Source: a virus. From it: a stretch of DNA of 64,000 bases. Shown here one piece after another: positions 1 to 10,289 of the stretch (positions within the stretch are counted from its first letter, which is position 1; each line of letters starts with the position of its first letter). The notes below the pieces were generated by a model that was not told the DNA's origin, did no database searches, and worked only from the letters and a program-made list of their open reading frames with translations. The stretch lies in IMG/VR virus record IMGVR_UViG_3300046648_000213, positions 19,210-83,209 of that record; one strand, 5' to 3'. Position numbers and translations under genes: made by a program.

Positions 1-1503
1 GCCCCAATACACCATGCCGCGGAAGACAGCGGCGAGGTCGGCCAGCACCTTCCACGCATCCTCCTCCTGCTGCAGGTAGCAGTTGCAGGTGAAGCGCGGC
101 TCGTACGTCTTGTTTCCGGCCTCGTCGAGGAAGCCGGTCGGGACCAGCTGATCGCAGTAAGCGGCGATCGAGTACAGCTGCCACTTATCGATGTGCGTTT
201 CGTCGATGTAGTTGCCGAGCCCGTAGCGCTTGTTCGTCGCGAGGTCGTAGAAAATCCACGCCGGGTTGTCCGTCCACGCGACCTTGAAGGTGCCGTCCCA
301 CGTGCCGTTGTAGCCACGACTGGCCGGGTCATAGTTCGACGGCACCTTAACCTTGATGCCGTAGATATGGTACGAGCGCCGGGGAATTGAACTGAACTGA
401 GTTGCATCGACTCGAAGTCCGACGATCGCCGACAGCGGGTAGCGCAGCTTGGCTTCAATGACCTCGGTGTACGAGTCCCAATACAGGTCGTTCGTGACGT
501 TCGACTTCACGTTGTCCGGCGTGTCGCGCACGAGGCGGATCGACCACGGGGCCTGCCCGGTGAGCGGCATGTAGAAGCTGCGCTCGTACTTAGCTGTCGT
601 CTTGCCGGAGATCGTGTCGGTGTTCGACGTGCCAGGCACGCGCCCGCCGTAGATGTAGATGTCTCCGTTGCCGCCGGTCTTCGTGAGCCGCACCTCGTAC
701 TGGCCGTTCACGAGCGGAATGTCGATCACGCGGGCCGACTTCTTCATCTGCAGAAGGGCCGACTGCGAGCCGGAGCTCGACATGCCGGCCGAGGCGTTCC
801 CCGAGTTGGCCTCATAGGTCAACTGGATGTCGAGGTCGCTCTTGTTGATCGTCTCGGTGGTGTAGGTCACCCACTCCGTCGTTCCCACAAGCCTGTAGTC
901 AAGCTGGTACGAGACGTTTCCGTTGCCGTCCCAACCGAGCGCCACGCCGATGCCGTAGGCGGCAGACGGTGCTTGCCACTGGTATTGGTGCATGCCGGTG
1001 ACCGCGTTCGACCATGATGAGCCGACCGGCATCGGGACGAAGGGGCCTCCGCCGTTCGAGAGCTCGACGTGGTACGAGACGGACGAGCCGTGAATGTCGC
1101 CTGTGCCGGTGTCCGTTGAAGTCAGCGCCGGTACGCTCACCGTGAGCCGCACCGCGTTGGTTTCCGGATTCGTGATCGTGCGCACGAGCGGCGTCTGCGC
1201 GGACACCTTTTGTCCGACAGTGACTTCGTTCTCCGCTTCCGGAAAGCCAGCGATGTACGCCTGATCCGCCGTGCCGGTACGCACGTCGACGCGCACATTG
1301 GAGAAGTTCCACGAGCCGTCCGTCGCCTGGAGCGGCGTGTCGTCGAGATAAATGGACTGGAGGCCGTTGACCAGACCGCCGATCTCACCCTCGCTCAACA
1401 GGTCGAGCACGCGCGCGTACTCGGAGGATCGCAGCGTATTGGGGTCTTCGTTTCCGCCGCCGCCCCCGCCGCCCTTGTAGCCGATGATTCCTTTACGTGC
1501 CAA
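1..1503 (-). CDS. Tail tip / host-specificity protein J-like (C-terminal part runs off the window)
   Basis: TTG start after GGAG; translation MARKGIIGYKGGGGGGGNEDPNTLRSSEYARVLDLLSEGEIGGLVNG has the lambda J N-terminal LLSEGEI motif; follows I, K, L, M genes. Confidence 0.9.
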   Translation of the reverse strand, partial: MARKGIIGYKGGGGGGGNEDPNTLRSSEYARVLDLLSEGEIGGLVNGLQSIYLDDTPLQATDGSWNFSNVRVDVRTGTADQAYIAGFPEAENEVTVGQKVSAQTPLVRTITNPETNAVRLTVSVPALTSTDTGTGDIHGSSVSYHVELSNGGGPFVPMPVGSSWSNAVTGMHQYQWQAPSAAYGIGVALGWDGNGNVSYQLDYRLVGTTEWVTYTTETINKSDLDIQLTYEANSGNASAGMSSSGSQSALLQMKKSARVIDIPLVNGQYEVRLTKTGGNGDIYIYGGRVPGTSNTDTISGKTTAKYERSFYMPLTGQAPWSIRLVRDTPDNVKSNVTNDLYWDSYTEVIEAKLRYPLSAIVGLRVDATQFSSIPRRSYHIYGIKVKVPSNYDPASRGYNGTWDGTFKVAWTDNPAWIFYDLATNKRYGLGNYIDETHIDKWQLYSIAAYCDQLVPTGFLDEAGNKTYEPRFTCNCYLQQEEDAWKVLADLAAVFRGMVYWG

Positions 1504-2104
1504 GGGGAATGTCTCCTGCTTCGAGGCCGGCGGAGATCACTTGCGAGCCGACAACCATCTTTCCGTAGCAGAGCGGTACGGGAGAGCCTTGCGCCGTCGT
1601 ATTGACCGCGCCGGAGAACGAATAGGACGGTTGCTGATTGGCTGCGTTGCGCAACGTCGGCGCGCGGTTGCCGAGCAGCAGGGCCGAGATGCCACCCATG
1701 ACAAGTCCGACCGTGACTGCCGATACCGTCGAGGCGGACATGACCGTCGCGCCGGCGATGACCAGCGCCCCGCCCGCGCCCATCGTGCAGACGGTCAGCG
1801 CGACCGCTGCGGCGATCATCAGAATGCCGGCGACTGCGCCGCTCTTCTGACCGCGCACGACAGGCGAGATGCGGATCGTCTCCGCTCCGGTCGGGCTGAG
1901 GAACGTGTCCTCGCCGATCGGGCGGTTGTCGACGAACACGCGGTAGGAAAGCCCTTTTTGGGCGGCTTGTGCGAGGTGGGCGACGAAGCCCTTATTGTTC
2001 GCGGCGAGCGCTCGAAACGCTTCGGCCGGCGTGCGAATGTCGAATCGCCACTCCCGGCCGAACTTCTTCCCGAGCGCGCCCGACAGTTTGACTGTTCGGA
2101 GCAC
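1493..2104 (-). CDS. Tail assembly protein I-like
   Basis: LSGALGKKFG N-terminus, hydrophobic middle, SYSFSGAVNTTAQGSPVPLCYG motif; lambda synteny. Confidence 0.9.
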   Translation of the reverse strand: MLRTVKLSGALGKKFGREWRFDIRTPAEAFRALAANNKGFVAHLAQAAQKGLSYRVFVDNRPIGEDTFLSPTGAETIRISPVVRGQKSGAVAGILMIAAAVALTVCTMGAGGALVIAGATVMSASTVSAVTVGLVMGGISALLLGNRAPTLRNAANQQPSYSFSGAVNTTAQGSPVPLCYGKMVVGSQVISAGLEAGDIPLGT

Positions 2105-2125
2105 GGCCTCTCCTTATTCTTGTTT

Positions 2126-2848
2126 TTATAGAAGGCTCTTGTGGCGGTACACCCCGCGCGTCAGCCTGCGCCACGAGTCGGTGTACACCTCTCTGACCGA
2201 CATTCTATTGTAGAGGTGGTGAATGATCCAGTTGCGAGAAGCGTCGGCGTAGACCGCGCCGTGGTTCGGCGTGCGCGCACCGATCTGCATCAGAATGCCG
2301 TCGTGCTCGCGCAGATCGCTGATCGGCACCTGCACGAAGCCGGCCTCGTCCATGTACTTCAGGTACGGGTTCTCGTCTCCGGGACGCATCCACCAGTGGT
2401 CTTTGCGCGGGAAGTCCGGGAGCTTGATGCCGAGCACCTCGTCGTAGTAGTCGCGCACCAGCGCCCAACAGTCGAGCACGCCGTGATAGAAGTTGCGGCC
2501 GATCAGTGGTGCTTTCCATCCGGACGGCTGAAGGTCGAAAACCGCACCGCCAGGCCACGCCATGATGTGCCACGGCACCGCCATCTCCTCGCACGCGACG
2601 CGATCCGCGTCGGACGGCAGCGGGCTCGCGTTCGGATGCGTGTGGCAAACGGCGATGATCTCGCCTTCACTCTCCGCGCGCGCGAGCTCCTCGCCCGATA
2701 TTTCGAAGCCCTTCGTCGGATCGTACGCAACGTTCTGGCAAGCGCGGAACACCTCCGCGCCGTTGACGAGCATGACAAGTCCGCACGCCTCCTTCGGAAA
2801 CTCAGCTTCTGCGAGCCGCTTGAATTCGTTCAGGGTCTGTTCGTTCAT
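2126..2848 (-). CDS. Tail assembly protein K-like (JAB + NlpC/P60)
   Basis: EACG, HTHP-x6-SDAD (JAB), DCWALVRDYY and NHGAVY (NlpC/P60); start moved to MNEQTL. Confidence 0.92.
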   Translation of the reverse strand: MNEQTLNEFKRLAEAEFPKEACGLVMLVNGAEVFRACQNVAYDPTKGFEISGEELARAESEGEIIAVCHTHPNASPLPSDADRVACEEMAVPWHIMAWPGGAVFDLQPSGWKAPLIGRNFYHGVLDCWALVRDYYDEVLGIKLPDFPRKDHWWMRPGDENPYLKYMDEAGFVQVPISDLREHDGILMQIGARTPNHGAVYADASRNWIIHHLYNRMSVREVYTDSWRRLTRGVYRHKSLL

Positions 2849-3549
2849 CACGCTTGGTTCATGAATTGAGAGGCGGGGAATCCGCCGTACGGCAGGATCG
2901 CCGTGGCGCCCCATCGGCACTTGCACCCTGTCGGCGTCTTCGGGCACTGGTCCTTCGCCGCGTCGGTCGTCGGCTGATTGTTGATGTCATACATGCTGCC
3001 CGCGTACCCGCAACCTTCCTTACGGTAGGTGAAGGTGCAGACATTCGCGATGACCTTGCGCCCCGGCACCTTGACGCCAGTCACCTCGCTCGCCGGCCCG
3101 AGCTCAAGCTGCACGATCAGGTTGTTGTCCTTCGCCTTGCGGGTCACGAAGTAGATGTCGACCGGGTACTCAGCCGTGGGGTCCGCGTACGGATTCACTC
3201 CGCCTTCGAAGTTCACCGCGTCGAGGTACTTGTACGGAACCCGGTGCCGCGTCACCCGCGCGTTGATGTAATCGTTCAGGCTTTTGATAAGCTGGCCGAT
3301 CACGCCATCGATATTGAACAAGGTGAGCGTCGGCTGCGGCAGCCGGTTCTGGCCATCGAACTCGAAGCCTTCCGCCTGGACAGGGAAGGGCGTGTACGTC
3401 ACGTTCTGCCAAACGACCGGCTGCTTCATCTCGTTCGAGCCGGCGTAAAAGTGGAACACGTCTCCGCCGAACGACGTGCCGTCGAGCTCGAAGAGGACGA
3501 TCTCGGCCGTCGTCTCGAGCTTGCTGTAATAGTCGAGGCTCAGGCTCAT
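2848..3549 (-). CDS. Minor tail protein L-like
   Basis: LFELDG, YLDAVNF, CTFTYR..GCGY..C..GC cysteine pattern, PYGGFP C-terminus. Confidence 0.92.
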   Translation of the reverse strand: MSLSLDYYSKLETTAEIVLFELDGTSFGGDVFHFYAGSNEMKQPVVWQNVTYTPFPVQAEGFEFDGQNRLPQPTLTLFNIDGVIGQLIKSLNDYINARVTRHRVPYKYLDAVNFEGGVNPYADPTAEYPVDIYFVTRKAKDNNLIVQLELGPASEVTGVKVPGRKVIANVCTFTYRKEGCGYAGSMYDINNQPTTDAAKDQCPKTPTGCKCRWGATAILPYGGFPASQFMNQA

Positions 3550-3887
3550 GGGTTCAAGTCCTCCACGAAGGTGCCGGTGAAGGTGTTGCCGTTGAACTCA
3601 TCGAACGACACCTGCCACTGCTTGCAGGTCCACTTCCGCTGCGTTTTGCGCGGCGGTGTCCAGAGAAAGGAGACTGCCCCCTTTCTCGCTGCGAGCCATT
3701 CGTCGATCGCGTCCGCGTCCGCGTCGCTCAGCACGTTGATGGTGATGGCGTAGGTGAGCGGTGCGTTGTTGATGCCATCGGGCGCGCGCCCGATGTATCC
3801 GTCCCCGAACTTGACTTCCCTGACCGTAGGCTGCCGGGTCAGGTTCGTCGAGTAGGACGGCTTCCACGTGAAGTCGTCAGCTGCCAT
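3546..3887 (-). CDS. Minor tail protein M-like
   Basis: FTWKP, VKFGDGY..R..DGIN, SFLWTPP motifs; 113 aa. Confidence 0.92.
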   Translation of the reverse strand: MAADDFTWKPSYSTNLTRQPTVREVKFGDGYIGRAPDGINNAPLTYAITINVLSDADADAIDEWLAARKGAVSFLWTPPRKTQRKWTCKQWQVSFDEFNGNTFTGTFVEDLNP

Positions 3888-3893
3888 TTTTTA

Positions 3894-6800
3894 TTATCGT
3901 TTGTTGAGCAAGCCGCCCGGTTTCATCTCAGTGTTCAGTTGCTGCTGCACCAACTGCTTCACACTGTTCGCGAGCTTCGTCCACTGCGAGTTGTTCACGT
4001 CACCGAGTCCGCTGCCGCCGGAGGAGTCGCTGCTGCTCGACGCTCCGTTGCTGCCGCCGACGTTGATCGTGATCTGCACGTTATTCTGGTTCGCACCGCC
4101 CGAGCCGTCAACCGGGGCAAGGCTCCTCATCTGCTCCTTCGTGAATACGCCTTCACCCTGCTTCGCGATGATCGGCACCTCGTCACCGACGATGCCGCCG
4201 GTGTGGAAGCGCGGCGCACCGGAGAACAGACTGCTGCTCACCGACTTCGACGGATTGTCGGAGACGCCAACGATACCGCCGCTGTGCTTGGTGCCGACCG
4301 CCGCAGTGAACAGCGAGCTCGCCCCCATCGTGATTCCGCCGGCGATACCAGCGATCGCCTTCTCGATCGCGATCTTTGCGAGCATCTCGAGAATCGACGC
4401 GCCGAGCTCCTTCCACTGCGCCTTCTGGCCCATCACCATCCTCGTGAGGCTGTTGGTGAGGCCGTCCATTGCCGACGTCCAGACACCAGCCACCGCCTTC
4501 GCCGCGTTCTCGTGCTGGTCCTGATACTGCTGCGTCGCGCGCTGCATCTGCTCCATGACGCTGTGCTCTTGATCGTACGATGCGGCCACCTCGTCTACGG
4601 CCTGCTTCTCAGCGGTTGCACGGTTTACCTTCAGCGCATCGAGCGCGTCTTGCGCCTTCGATAGCGACAACCCCTTGGCCTTGAGATCGTTAAGGTGCTG
4701 CTCGGCCGCAGCGATCGCCGGGTTGTACTGCTGATCGACCTTGAACGTCGCGTTGGACTTGTCGGCGTCGAGCTTCGACATCCCGAAAGTGGCGCGCTTC
4801 TGCGCGGATTTTTCAGCCGCAGTGTCTCCTTTGGCGCGCAACTCGGCCGCCTGCACGCGCGAGAGGTTCAGGTAAAGTTCGTCGAGTTCCCTGTTGGCGC
4901 TCTCCGTCTGTTCGGTGAGCAGTTGAACTGGTGACTTACCGACAGCCCCGGCGCGGCGCCAGGAGTCCATCGCAGCGGTAGCTGCCTTCAGGCGCTCCGC
5001 CACACCTTCCTCGCTCAACTCAAGCTGGAGGTTGTCGATTGCCGCGTTCTTCGTCGACTTGCGCGTGAGTTCAAGTGCTTCAGTTTTTTCCTTCAGCGCG
5101 CGAATTTCCTTCTCGCCGGACTCTACCGCCGAGCCGATCTTCTTGTCCGCGCCAATGAAGTTGTCTATGGCTCGCTGGTCCTTCAACCTCTGCGCGTTGC
5201 TTTGCTCGACCTCAACCCGCGTCCGGGCATCCTTCTCCACCCGGTTGATTTCGTCCTGCGCTTCCTTATCTCGCGCAGTTGCGCGCAGCGCCTCGAGTGC
5301 TGAAATGAGCTTGCGCTCCGCTGCAATGTCGGCGGCGATGCGGCGGCTCTGGATAGCATCAGTCTGTGCGAGATACTCCCCATCCTCGAGCAGCTTCGCC
5401 TTATTCAGTTCGTCAGCGATCTTCTGCTGGTCGCGCGCGGCGGACTCGGCAAGTGTCGTCTCGTTCTTGTACGCGTCGCGCGCATTCGACACGCGGTCGA
5501 CCCAAAGGCGCTGCGCGGCGGCTGCGGCTTCCTTGTCCGCCGGCTGATGCGTTTCGGTGCCGTACTGTTGCGTACCTACCGCCGTGGCCTTCGCGTCGCC
5601 GTCTGCGGCGGCCTGCAGCTTTTCGGCCTCGTGCACTGCCGTGACGAACTTTTCACGGTCGGACTGCAGCGTCGAGAGCAGCTTCTTCGAGATTTCGTCG
5701 CTGTAGCCCTTCAACTGGCTGATGCGGTAGTCAAGGTCGCCGGCAACGTTCGCCTGCGCCATCTTTCCGTTCAGGCTCATGTCGAGCGGCTGCTTGAGCA
5801 ACTCCTCCGACTTCGCCGCCGCCGCGCGCGCGTCATTCTGCTCGCGCTCGCGTCGCTCCTTCATGCGCTGGTCGTTGATGACCCCGCCGAGCCAGGACGA
5901 ATCGCCGACCTCTGACTTTCCGTGGCCGGGGCCGACGCCGTTGGCCGGATCGAACACCTTGTTCCAAGCGTTCGCGATCGCGCTCGTCACGCCCGCCGTG
6001 TGCAGGGCAATACGGTCGAGCACGCCCTTCACGCCGAGCTCGAACGTCTTCCACCCGGACTCCTGCTTGCGCAGGCTATCCTCGGTGACGCGCTCCGCCT
6101 GCGCGTACGACGTCGCCGCCTTGATGACCATCTGGTCGAACTGCTCGTTCTCGACTCGGCCCCACTCGGCGTAGATTTTCTTGACGTTATCGATGAAAGC
6201 GGCGAGCGCGGTTTCCTTGTCGCCGCTGCTCTGCTGATAAGCGCGCAACGCGTCGTTTAGGTGCGTGCGCAGCGCAGTGAACTCCATGCTGTTCAACTGC
6301 TGCTGATGCTCGTAGTCCTTATTGCGCGAATCCACGCGCCGCGCGTCGAAGTCCTGCTGCAGATGACCGAGCGAGTCGTAGTGCGGCTTGGCCTTCTCCA
6401 TCGTGGTCGCCAGCTTGGCCTGCACATTGTCGGCGGCCAGATACACCGTGTCCTCGAGGCCCTTGAACGCCGCTGCCGTACCGGAGACGGACTGCTTGCC
6501 GTCGTCGGCGAACGCCCACCACGCGACGCCTGCCGCGACGAGCGCGCCGACGAGCAGCGACAGCCCGCCGGTCGCCGCCGCGAGAGTCGCAGCCTCGACT
6601 TCTTCGGCAGTCGCCAGCGACACGAAGCCGATCCGCACGAAGTCCAGCGCCTTGCGCAGGTTCATGAAACCCGTGACGGCGGCGCCAGCAACGTCGCCAG
6701 CAAGCATGCCGGCCTTCAGCGCGATGTACGCCTTCGCCACGGCTTCGACCGCCGGACCGGCCTTGATGAGCTCCTCGACAAGGTGTGCGACGCTCGATGC

Positions 6801-9371
6801 GGTGGAGTTGACGCCGTTGCGGAACTCAGCCGATGCAAACGTCTGCTTCAGGTAGACGGCGAGATCGTGCATGCCGCCCGAGTTGCTCTGGAACGCGGAG
6901 ATCAAGTCGGCCTGGAGCGTGTTCATCGCCTCGGACAACTGACCCTTCGTCGTGTCCTTCAATTCGGACGCGGCGCGCTGCATGAAGCCAAGGTTGTCGG
7001 AGGCGTGCAGCAGCTGCTCGTTGATGCCCTGCAGTTCCCCCTTCGCGCCCTCGAGCAGCGTCAGCAGCACCTTGCCGCCGCGCTGGCCTGCGATCTCGTT
7101 GATGAAGTTGTTCTGGCCTTGCTGCGTCTGCGTGCTCAGCTTGGCCTTCATCTCCTCGATGATTGAGACGATGCTGCGGAAGCGGCCTTCCGAGTCGTAC
7201 ATCTCGACGCCGAGCGCTTGGATCGCCTTGCGCGCCGCAGACGTGCGGCCCATCAGGTCCTCCATCATCGCGCGGATCGCCGTACCCGCCGCGGAGCCGC
7301 CGATGTTCTTCCGGCCGAGCTCCACGAGCACCGCGCCGGTTTCTTCCATCGAGATGTTGAAGCGCGACGCGATGCTCGAGGCTTGCTTCATCGACTCGCC
7401 GATCGCTTCGGGCGTTTGCCGCGCGAGCTTACCGGCCTTCGCGAACACGTCGCCGATATGCGGCAGGTCAGCGGCTGTCTCCTTGAACGCTGTCATCGAA
7501 CCGAGCAACAGATTCGTGCCAGTCTTCGCGTCCGTCTCGCCGACCTGCGCGAAGTTCATCGCCGCCGGCAGCGCGCGCAGCGAGTCCTGCGCCGACAGAC
7601 CGGCCTGCGCGAGCGTGCGCATCGCCGTCGCAAGGTCAAGGCTGCTCGCCATCATGCTGCTGGACATCTCGAGCACGCGGCGGCCGGCGGACTCCATCGT
7701 CTCGCCAGTCGCTTCCGAGATGACCTGCACGAACTTCATCTGGTATTCGAATTCGCTGCCGGCCTTCACCGCCTGCACAAGCGCGGAGGCAAGTCCGAAG
7801 CCCGCTGCCATGCCCGCCGTCTGCGTAAGCATGCCGACGCCGCCGCCGAAGCCGGAAGACAGCCCCTTGTTGAGGCCGGCCATCTGCGTGCTAACCTCAG
7901 CCGCCTGGACGCGCTGCAGGCGCAGAGCCTCAGTGTGCTCGACGGTGGCCGCAGTCCCCTTGGCCTGTGCCGCTGCCTCCTGCTCGAGCTCGATGCGCAG
8001 CTGGTGGACGTTCGCGGCTGCCGCTACGGCTGCCGATCCGTAGCGCGCGATCGCCGCTTCTTCGGAGACGCCGCCCGCCATCGCGAGGCCGGCCGACTCC
8101 GCCGTGCGCAGGCGCGAGCGCGGGGAGGAGGTCGCGAAGGACGCATTCCTGAACGCGTCCGCGTCCGCCATCTTCTCCGCGGCCCACCGCTCGTTCTGCA
8201 ACATCAGATCGAGCGCCTGCTTCTGCGCCGCGAGGCGCTTCTCGTCCGACCAGCGCTCGCGCTGCGCGAGCATATCGAGCGCCTGCGCTTGCGCCTCGAG
8301 GCGCTTCTCCGCGCCCCAACGTTCCTGCTGCGCCATCAGGTCGACAGCTTCGACCTGCGCTTTGATGCGCTTCTCTTCGGACCAGCGATCCCGCTGCGCG
8401 AGCAGGTCCAGCGCCTCAGTCTGAGCCTGAAGGCGCTTCTCCGCGCCCCAACGCTCCTGCTGCGCAATAAGGTCAATGGCTTGATTCTGTGCCGAGACGC
8501 GCTTCTCAGCGGACCAGCGCTCGTTCTGCGCGATCACGTCGAGCGCTTCGAGTTGCGCCTGAAGGCGCTTCTCTGCGCCCCAACGCTCCTGCTGCGCCAT
8601 AACGTCGATGGCTTCGTTCTGCGCGGCGATGCGCTTCTCAACGCTCCATCGCTCGTTCTGCGCAATGACGTCCAGCGCCTCGAGTTGCGCCTGCAGGCGC
8701 TTCTCCGCGCCCCAACGCTCCTGCTGTGCGAGCAGGTCGAGGGCTTGTACCTGTGCCTGAATGCGCTTGTCTTCCGACCAGCGCTCCTGCTGCGCCAGCA
8801 CGTCAAGTGCCTCTACCTGCGCCTGAAGGCGCTTCTCCGCGCCCCAACGCTCCTGCTGCGCCATGACGTCTAGCGCCTGCATCTGGACGCGAATCTTCGC
8901 CTGCTCGCCGGCCTCAAGCGCGGCAAGTTCCACCTGCTGCCGCTGGTCCGCACCCTCGAGCGAGTTATAGACGTTCGCGCCGGTGCGCCCGAGCACGCTG
9001 TTGCGCGCGTTCAGGATGTCCGCGCGCTGCTTGGCGATCGCTTCGAGCTTCGCGTTGAGGTTGGCCTGCGTGCGAAGCTGCTCATCGGCAGCCTCCGTCG
9101 CCGCCTTCGCTTCGGCCTTCGCCGACGCCGCGACGCCCGACGCCCGCCGCTCGGCAGACGCGAGCACCGATTGCGTCATCGCATCGGTCGCTTGCGTGAC
9201 TTCCACCTGCGCGGTGCGCGCGGCGGTCGCCGCTTCATTGCCGCTCACGCGAACGGCGTTCGCGAGGAGGGCAGAGGCGGAGGTGATCTGATCGGTGAGG
9301 CCCTTGACCGACTCCTGAAGCTGCTTCAGGGCCGATACGTCTGCCTCGATTTTGAGGGTGAGTTGCGACAA
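3894..9371 (-). CDS. Tape measure protein
   Basis: 1825 aa Ala-rich helical protein between chaperones and M; TP901-like core (GGSAAGTAIR); C-terminal FHTGGIVG..EGVFT. Confidence 0.93.
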   Translation of the reverse strand: MSQLTLKIEADVSALKQLQESVKGLTDQITSASALLANAVRVSGNEAATAARTAQVEVTQATDAMTQSVLASAERRASGVAASAKAEAKAATEAADEQLRTQANLNAKLEAIAKQRADILNARNSVLGRTGANVYNSLEGADQRQQVELAALEAGEQAKIRVQMQALDVMAQQERWGAEKRLQAQVEALDVLAQQERWSEDKRIQAQVQALDLLAQQERWGAEKRLQAQLEALDVIAQNERWSVEKRIAAQNEAIDVMAQQERWGAEKRLQAQLEALDVIAQNERWSAEKRVSAQNQAIDLIAQQERWGAEKRLQAQTEALDLLAQRDRWSEEKRIKAQVEAVDLMAQQERWGAEKRLEAQAQALDMLAQRERWSDEKRLAAQKQALDLMLQNERWAAEKMADADAFRNASFATSSPRSRLRTAESAGLAMAGGVSEEAAIARYGSAAVAAAANVHQLRIELEQEAAAQAKGTAATVEHTEALRLQRVQAAEVSTQMAGLNKGLSSGFGGGVGMLTQTAGMAAGFGLASALVQAVKAGSEFEYQMKFVQVISEATGETMESAGRRVLEMSSSMMASSLDLATAMRTLAQAGLSAQDSLRALPAAMNFAQVGETDAKTGTNLLLGSMTAFKETAADLPHIGDVFAKAGKLARQTPEAIGESMKQASSIASRFNISMEETGAVLVELGRKNIGGSAAGTAIRAMMEDLMGRTSAARKAIQALGVEMYDSEGRFRSIVSIIEEMKAKLSTQTQQGQNNFINEIAGQRGGKVLLTLLEGAKGELQGINEQLLHASDNLGFMQRAASELKDTTKGQLSEAMNTLQADLISAFQSNSGGMHDLAVYLKQTFASAEFRNGVNSTASSVAHLVEELIKAGPAVEAVAKAYIALKAGMLAGDVAGAAVTGFMNLRKALDFVRIGFVSLATAEEVEAATLAAATGGLSLLVGALVAAGVAWWAFADDGKQSVSGTAAAFKGLEDTVYLAADNVQAKLATTMEKAKPHYDSLGHLQQDFDARRVDSRNKDYEHQQQLNSMEFTALRTHLNDALRAYQQSSGDKETALAAFIDNVKKIYAEWGRVENEQFDQMVIKAATSYAQAERVTEDSLRKQESGWKTFELGVKGVLDRIALHTAGVTSAIANAWNKVFDPANGVGPGHGKSEVGDSSWLGGVINDQRMKERREREQNDARAAAAKSEELLKQPLDMSLNGKMAQANVAGDLDYRISQLKGYSDEISKKLLSTLQSDREKFVTAVHEAEKLQAAADGDAKATAVGTQQYGTETHQPADKEAAAAAQRLWVDRVSNARDAYKNETTLAESAARDQQKIADELNKAKLLEDGEYLAQTDAIQSRRIAADIAAERKLISALEALRATARDKEAQDEINRVEKDARTRVEVEQSNAQRLKDQRAIDNFIGADKKIGSAVESGEKEIRALKEKTEALELTRKSTKNAAIDNLQLELSEEGVAERLKAATAAMDSWRRAGAVGKSPVQLLTEQTESANRELDELYLNLSRVQAAELRAKGDTAAEKSAQKRATFGMSKLDADKSNATFKVDQQYNPAIAAAEQHLNDLKAKGLSLSKAQDALDALKVNRATAEKQAVDEVAASYDQEHSVMEQMQRATQQYQDQHENAAKAVAGVWTSAMDGLTNSLTRMVMGQKAQWKELGASILEMLAKIAIEKAIAGIAGGITMGASSLFTAAVGTKHSGGIVGVSDNPSKSVSSSLFSGAPRFHTGGIVGDEVPIIAKQGEGVFTKEQMRSLAPVDGSGGANQNNVQITINVGGSNGASSSSDSSGGSGLGDVNNSQWTKLANSVKQLVQQQLNTEMKPGGLLNKR
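8172..8880 (-). repeat. 11 x 22-aa (66-bp) tandem repeat within the tape measure gene
   Basis: Unit ALDxxAQxERW(G/S)xEKRxxAQ, alternating WG/WS. Confidence 0.9.
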
Positions 9372-9449
9372 ACGGCCCCCTTCTTATTGTTTTTTTAGGC
9401 GTTTTATGTTCCGCATTATCCTTTCCGGAGCATAAAAAAACCAGCCCGA

Positions 9450-9790
9450 TTAGGGGCTGGTTTTCTTCGAAGCGGTGAACTCCATGTACGCCGCGTCGAG
9501 CCTTCGCACCACGCGGAGCAGACGGAGCCGTTCATCGGCCGTGTAGTCCCCGAGCAACTGAACGTAGGCAAGCACTTCTGAGCAGGGTATCGGCCCGATC
9601 GTCATGCCTATTTGTCGGCTTGGATTCAGGTCGTAAAACGCCTCCAGAAAGTGCCTGTTCTGCTGCTGCAGGGTCGGCCGATCAACGAGCGCCTTCGGCT
9701 TGATACCGCTCACCTCGTAGACCTCGAGCAGGGTCGGGTACTGGTCCCCCCACTCGAGCTCCCAAAGCAAGCAGTCGATCAGTTTTTTTC
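9450..9790 (-). CDS. Tail assembly chaperone T-part (reached by -1 frameshift)
   Basis: -1 frame from the slippery site reads KLIDCLLWELEW into ORF 9450..9770. Confidence 0.8.
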
Positions 9791-10174
9791 GGCTTCGGCC
9801 TCAGCTTGCGCGCGGAAGTTTTCGAAGTTGTCGGAGTGCTGCGCGACCACGCGGCGGAAGTCCTTGTGATTCAGGACCAGGCGCGCGTTCTCGAGGCTAT
9901 ACGGCAGGGTCTTGCCCTTGTACTTCAGGCCGTCCCAACCCTTCAGCAGCGTCTGCGCCATCACCTCGACCATGATCTCGTCCGACTTCGCGTCAGCGGT
10001 GTCGTCGCCCTTGTCGAGCACGGCCTTGTTCTGCTCGACCAGCTTCGCCAGCAGCTTCGAGTACGCGCGGCTATTCGAGCGCGCGACGCGGATCGACGCG
10101 CCTTGGCCGAGATCGACGCGCGCGCCGTTCTTCTCGAGGTCTTCGTTGGTGGCGAAAGATGCAAAGATGTCCAC
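9779..10174 (-). CDS. Tail assembly chaperone G-like
   Basis: 131 aa between tail tube and TMP; LLKGWDGL..YSLENA..L motif. Confidence 0.85.
   Translation of the reverse strand: MDIFASFATNEDLEKNGARVDLGQGASIRVARSNSRAYSKLLAKLVEQNKAVLDKGDDTADAKSDEIMVEVMAQTLLKGWDGLKYKGKTLPYSLENARLVLNHKDFRRVVAQHSDNFENFRAQAEAEAEKN
9782..9788 (-). other. Programmed -1 ribosomal frameshift site A AAA AAC
   Basis: GAA AAA AAC TGA at the end of the G-like ORF; X XXY YYZ pattern. Confidence 0.8.
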
Positions 10175-10211
10175 GGTGTTCCTTTGTCGTTGTGGTTATG
10201 AGAACGGGCGG

Positions 10212-10240
10212 AGTATGTCCCGTACAGCTAAATATGTCAA
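10212..10240 (-). promoter_or_regulatory. Sigma70-like promoter upstream of chaperone/TMP genes
   Basis: TTGACA-17bp-CATACT. Confidence 0.65.
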
Positions 10241-10251
10241 TCAGGGATACA

Positions 10252-10279
10252 GAAAATGCCGGGTTTCCCCGGCATTCTC
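10252..10279 (-). terminator. Intrinsic terminator after tail tube gene
   Basis: GAATGCCGGG-GAAA-CCCGGCATTTTC stem with U-rich tail. Confidence 0.7.
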
Positions 10280-10289
10280 AGTTTGCTGC

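Noticed and set aside
388-407. TGAAC pentamer run
   Set aside because: Short, and lies within the J coding sequence (DATQFSSIP); probably chance
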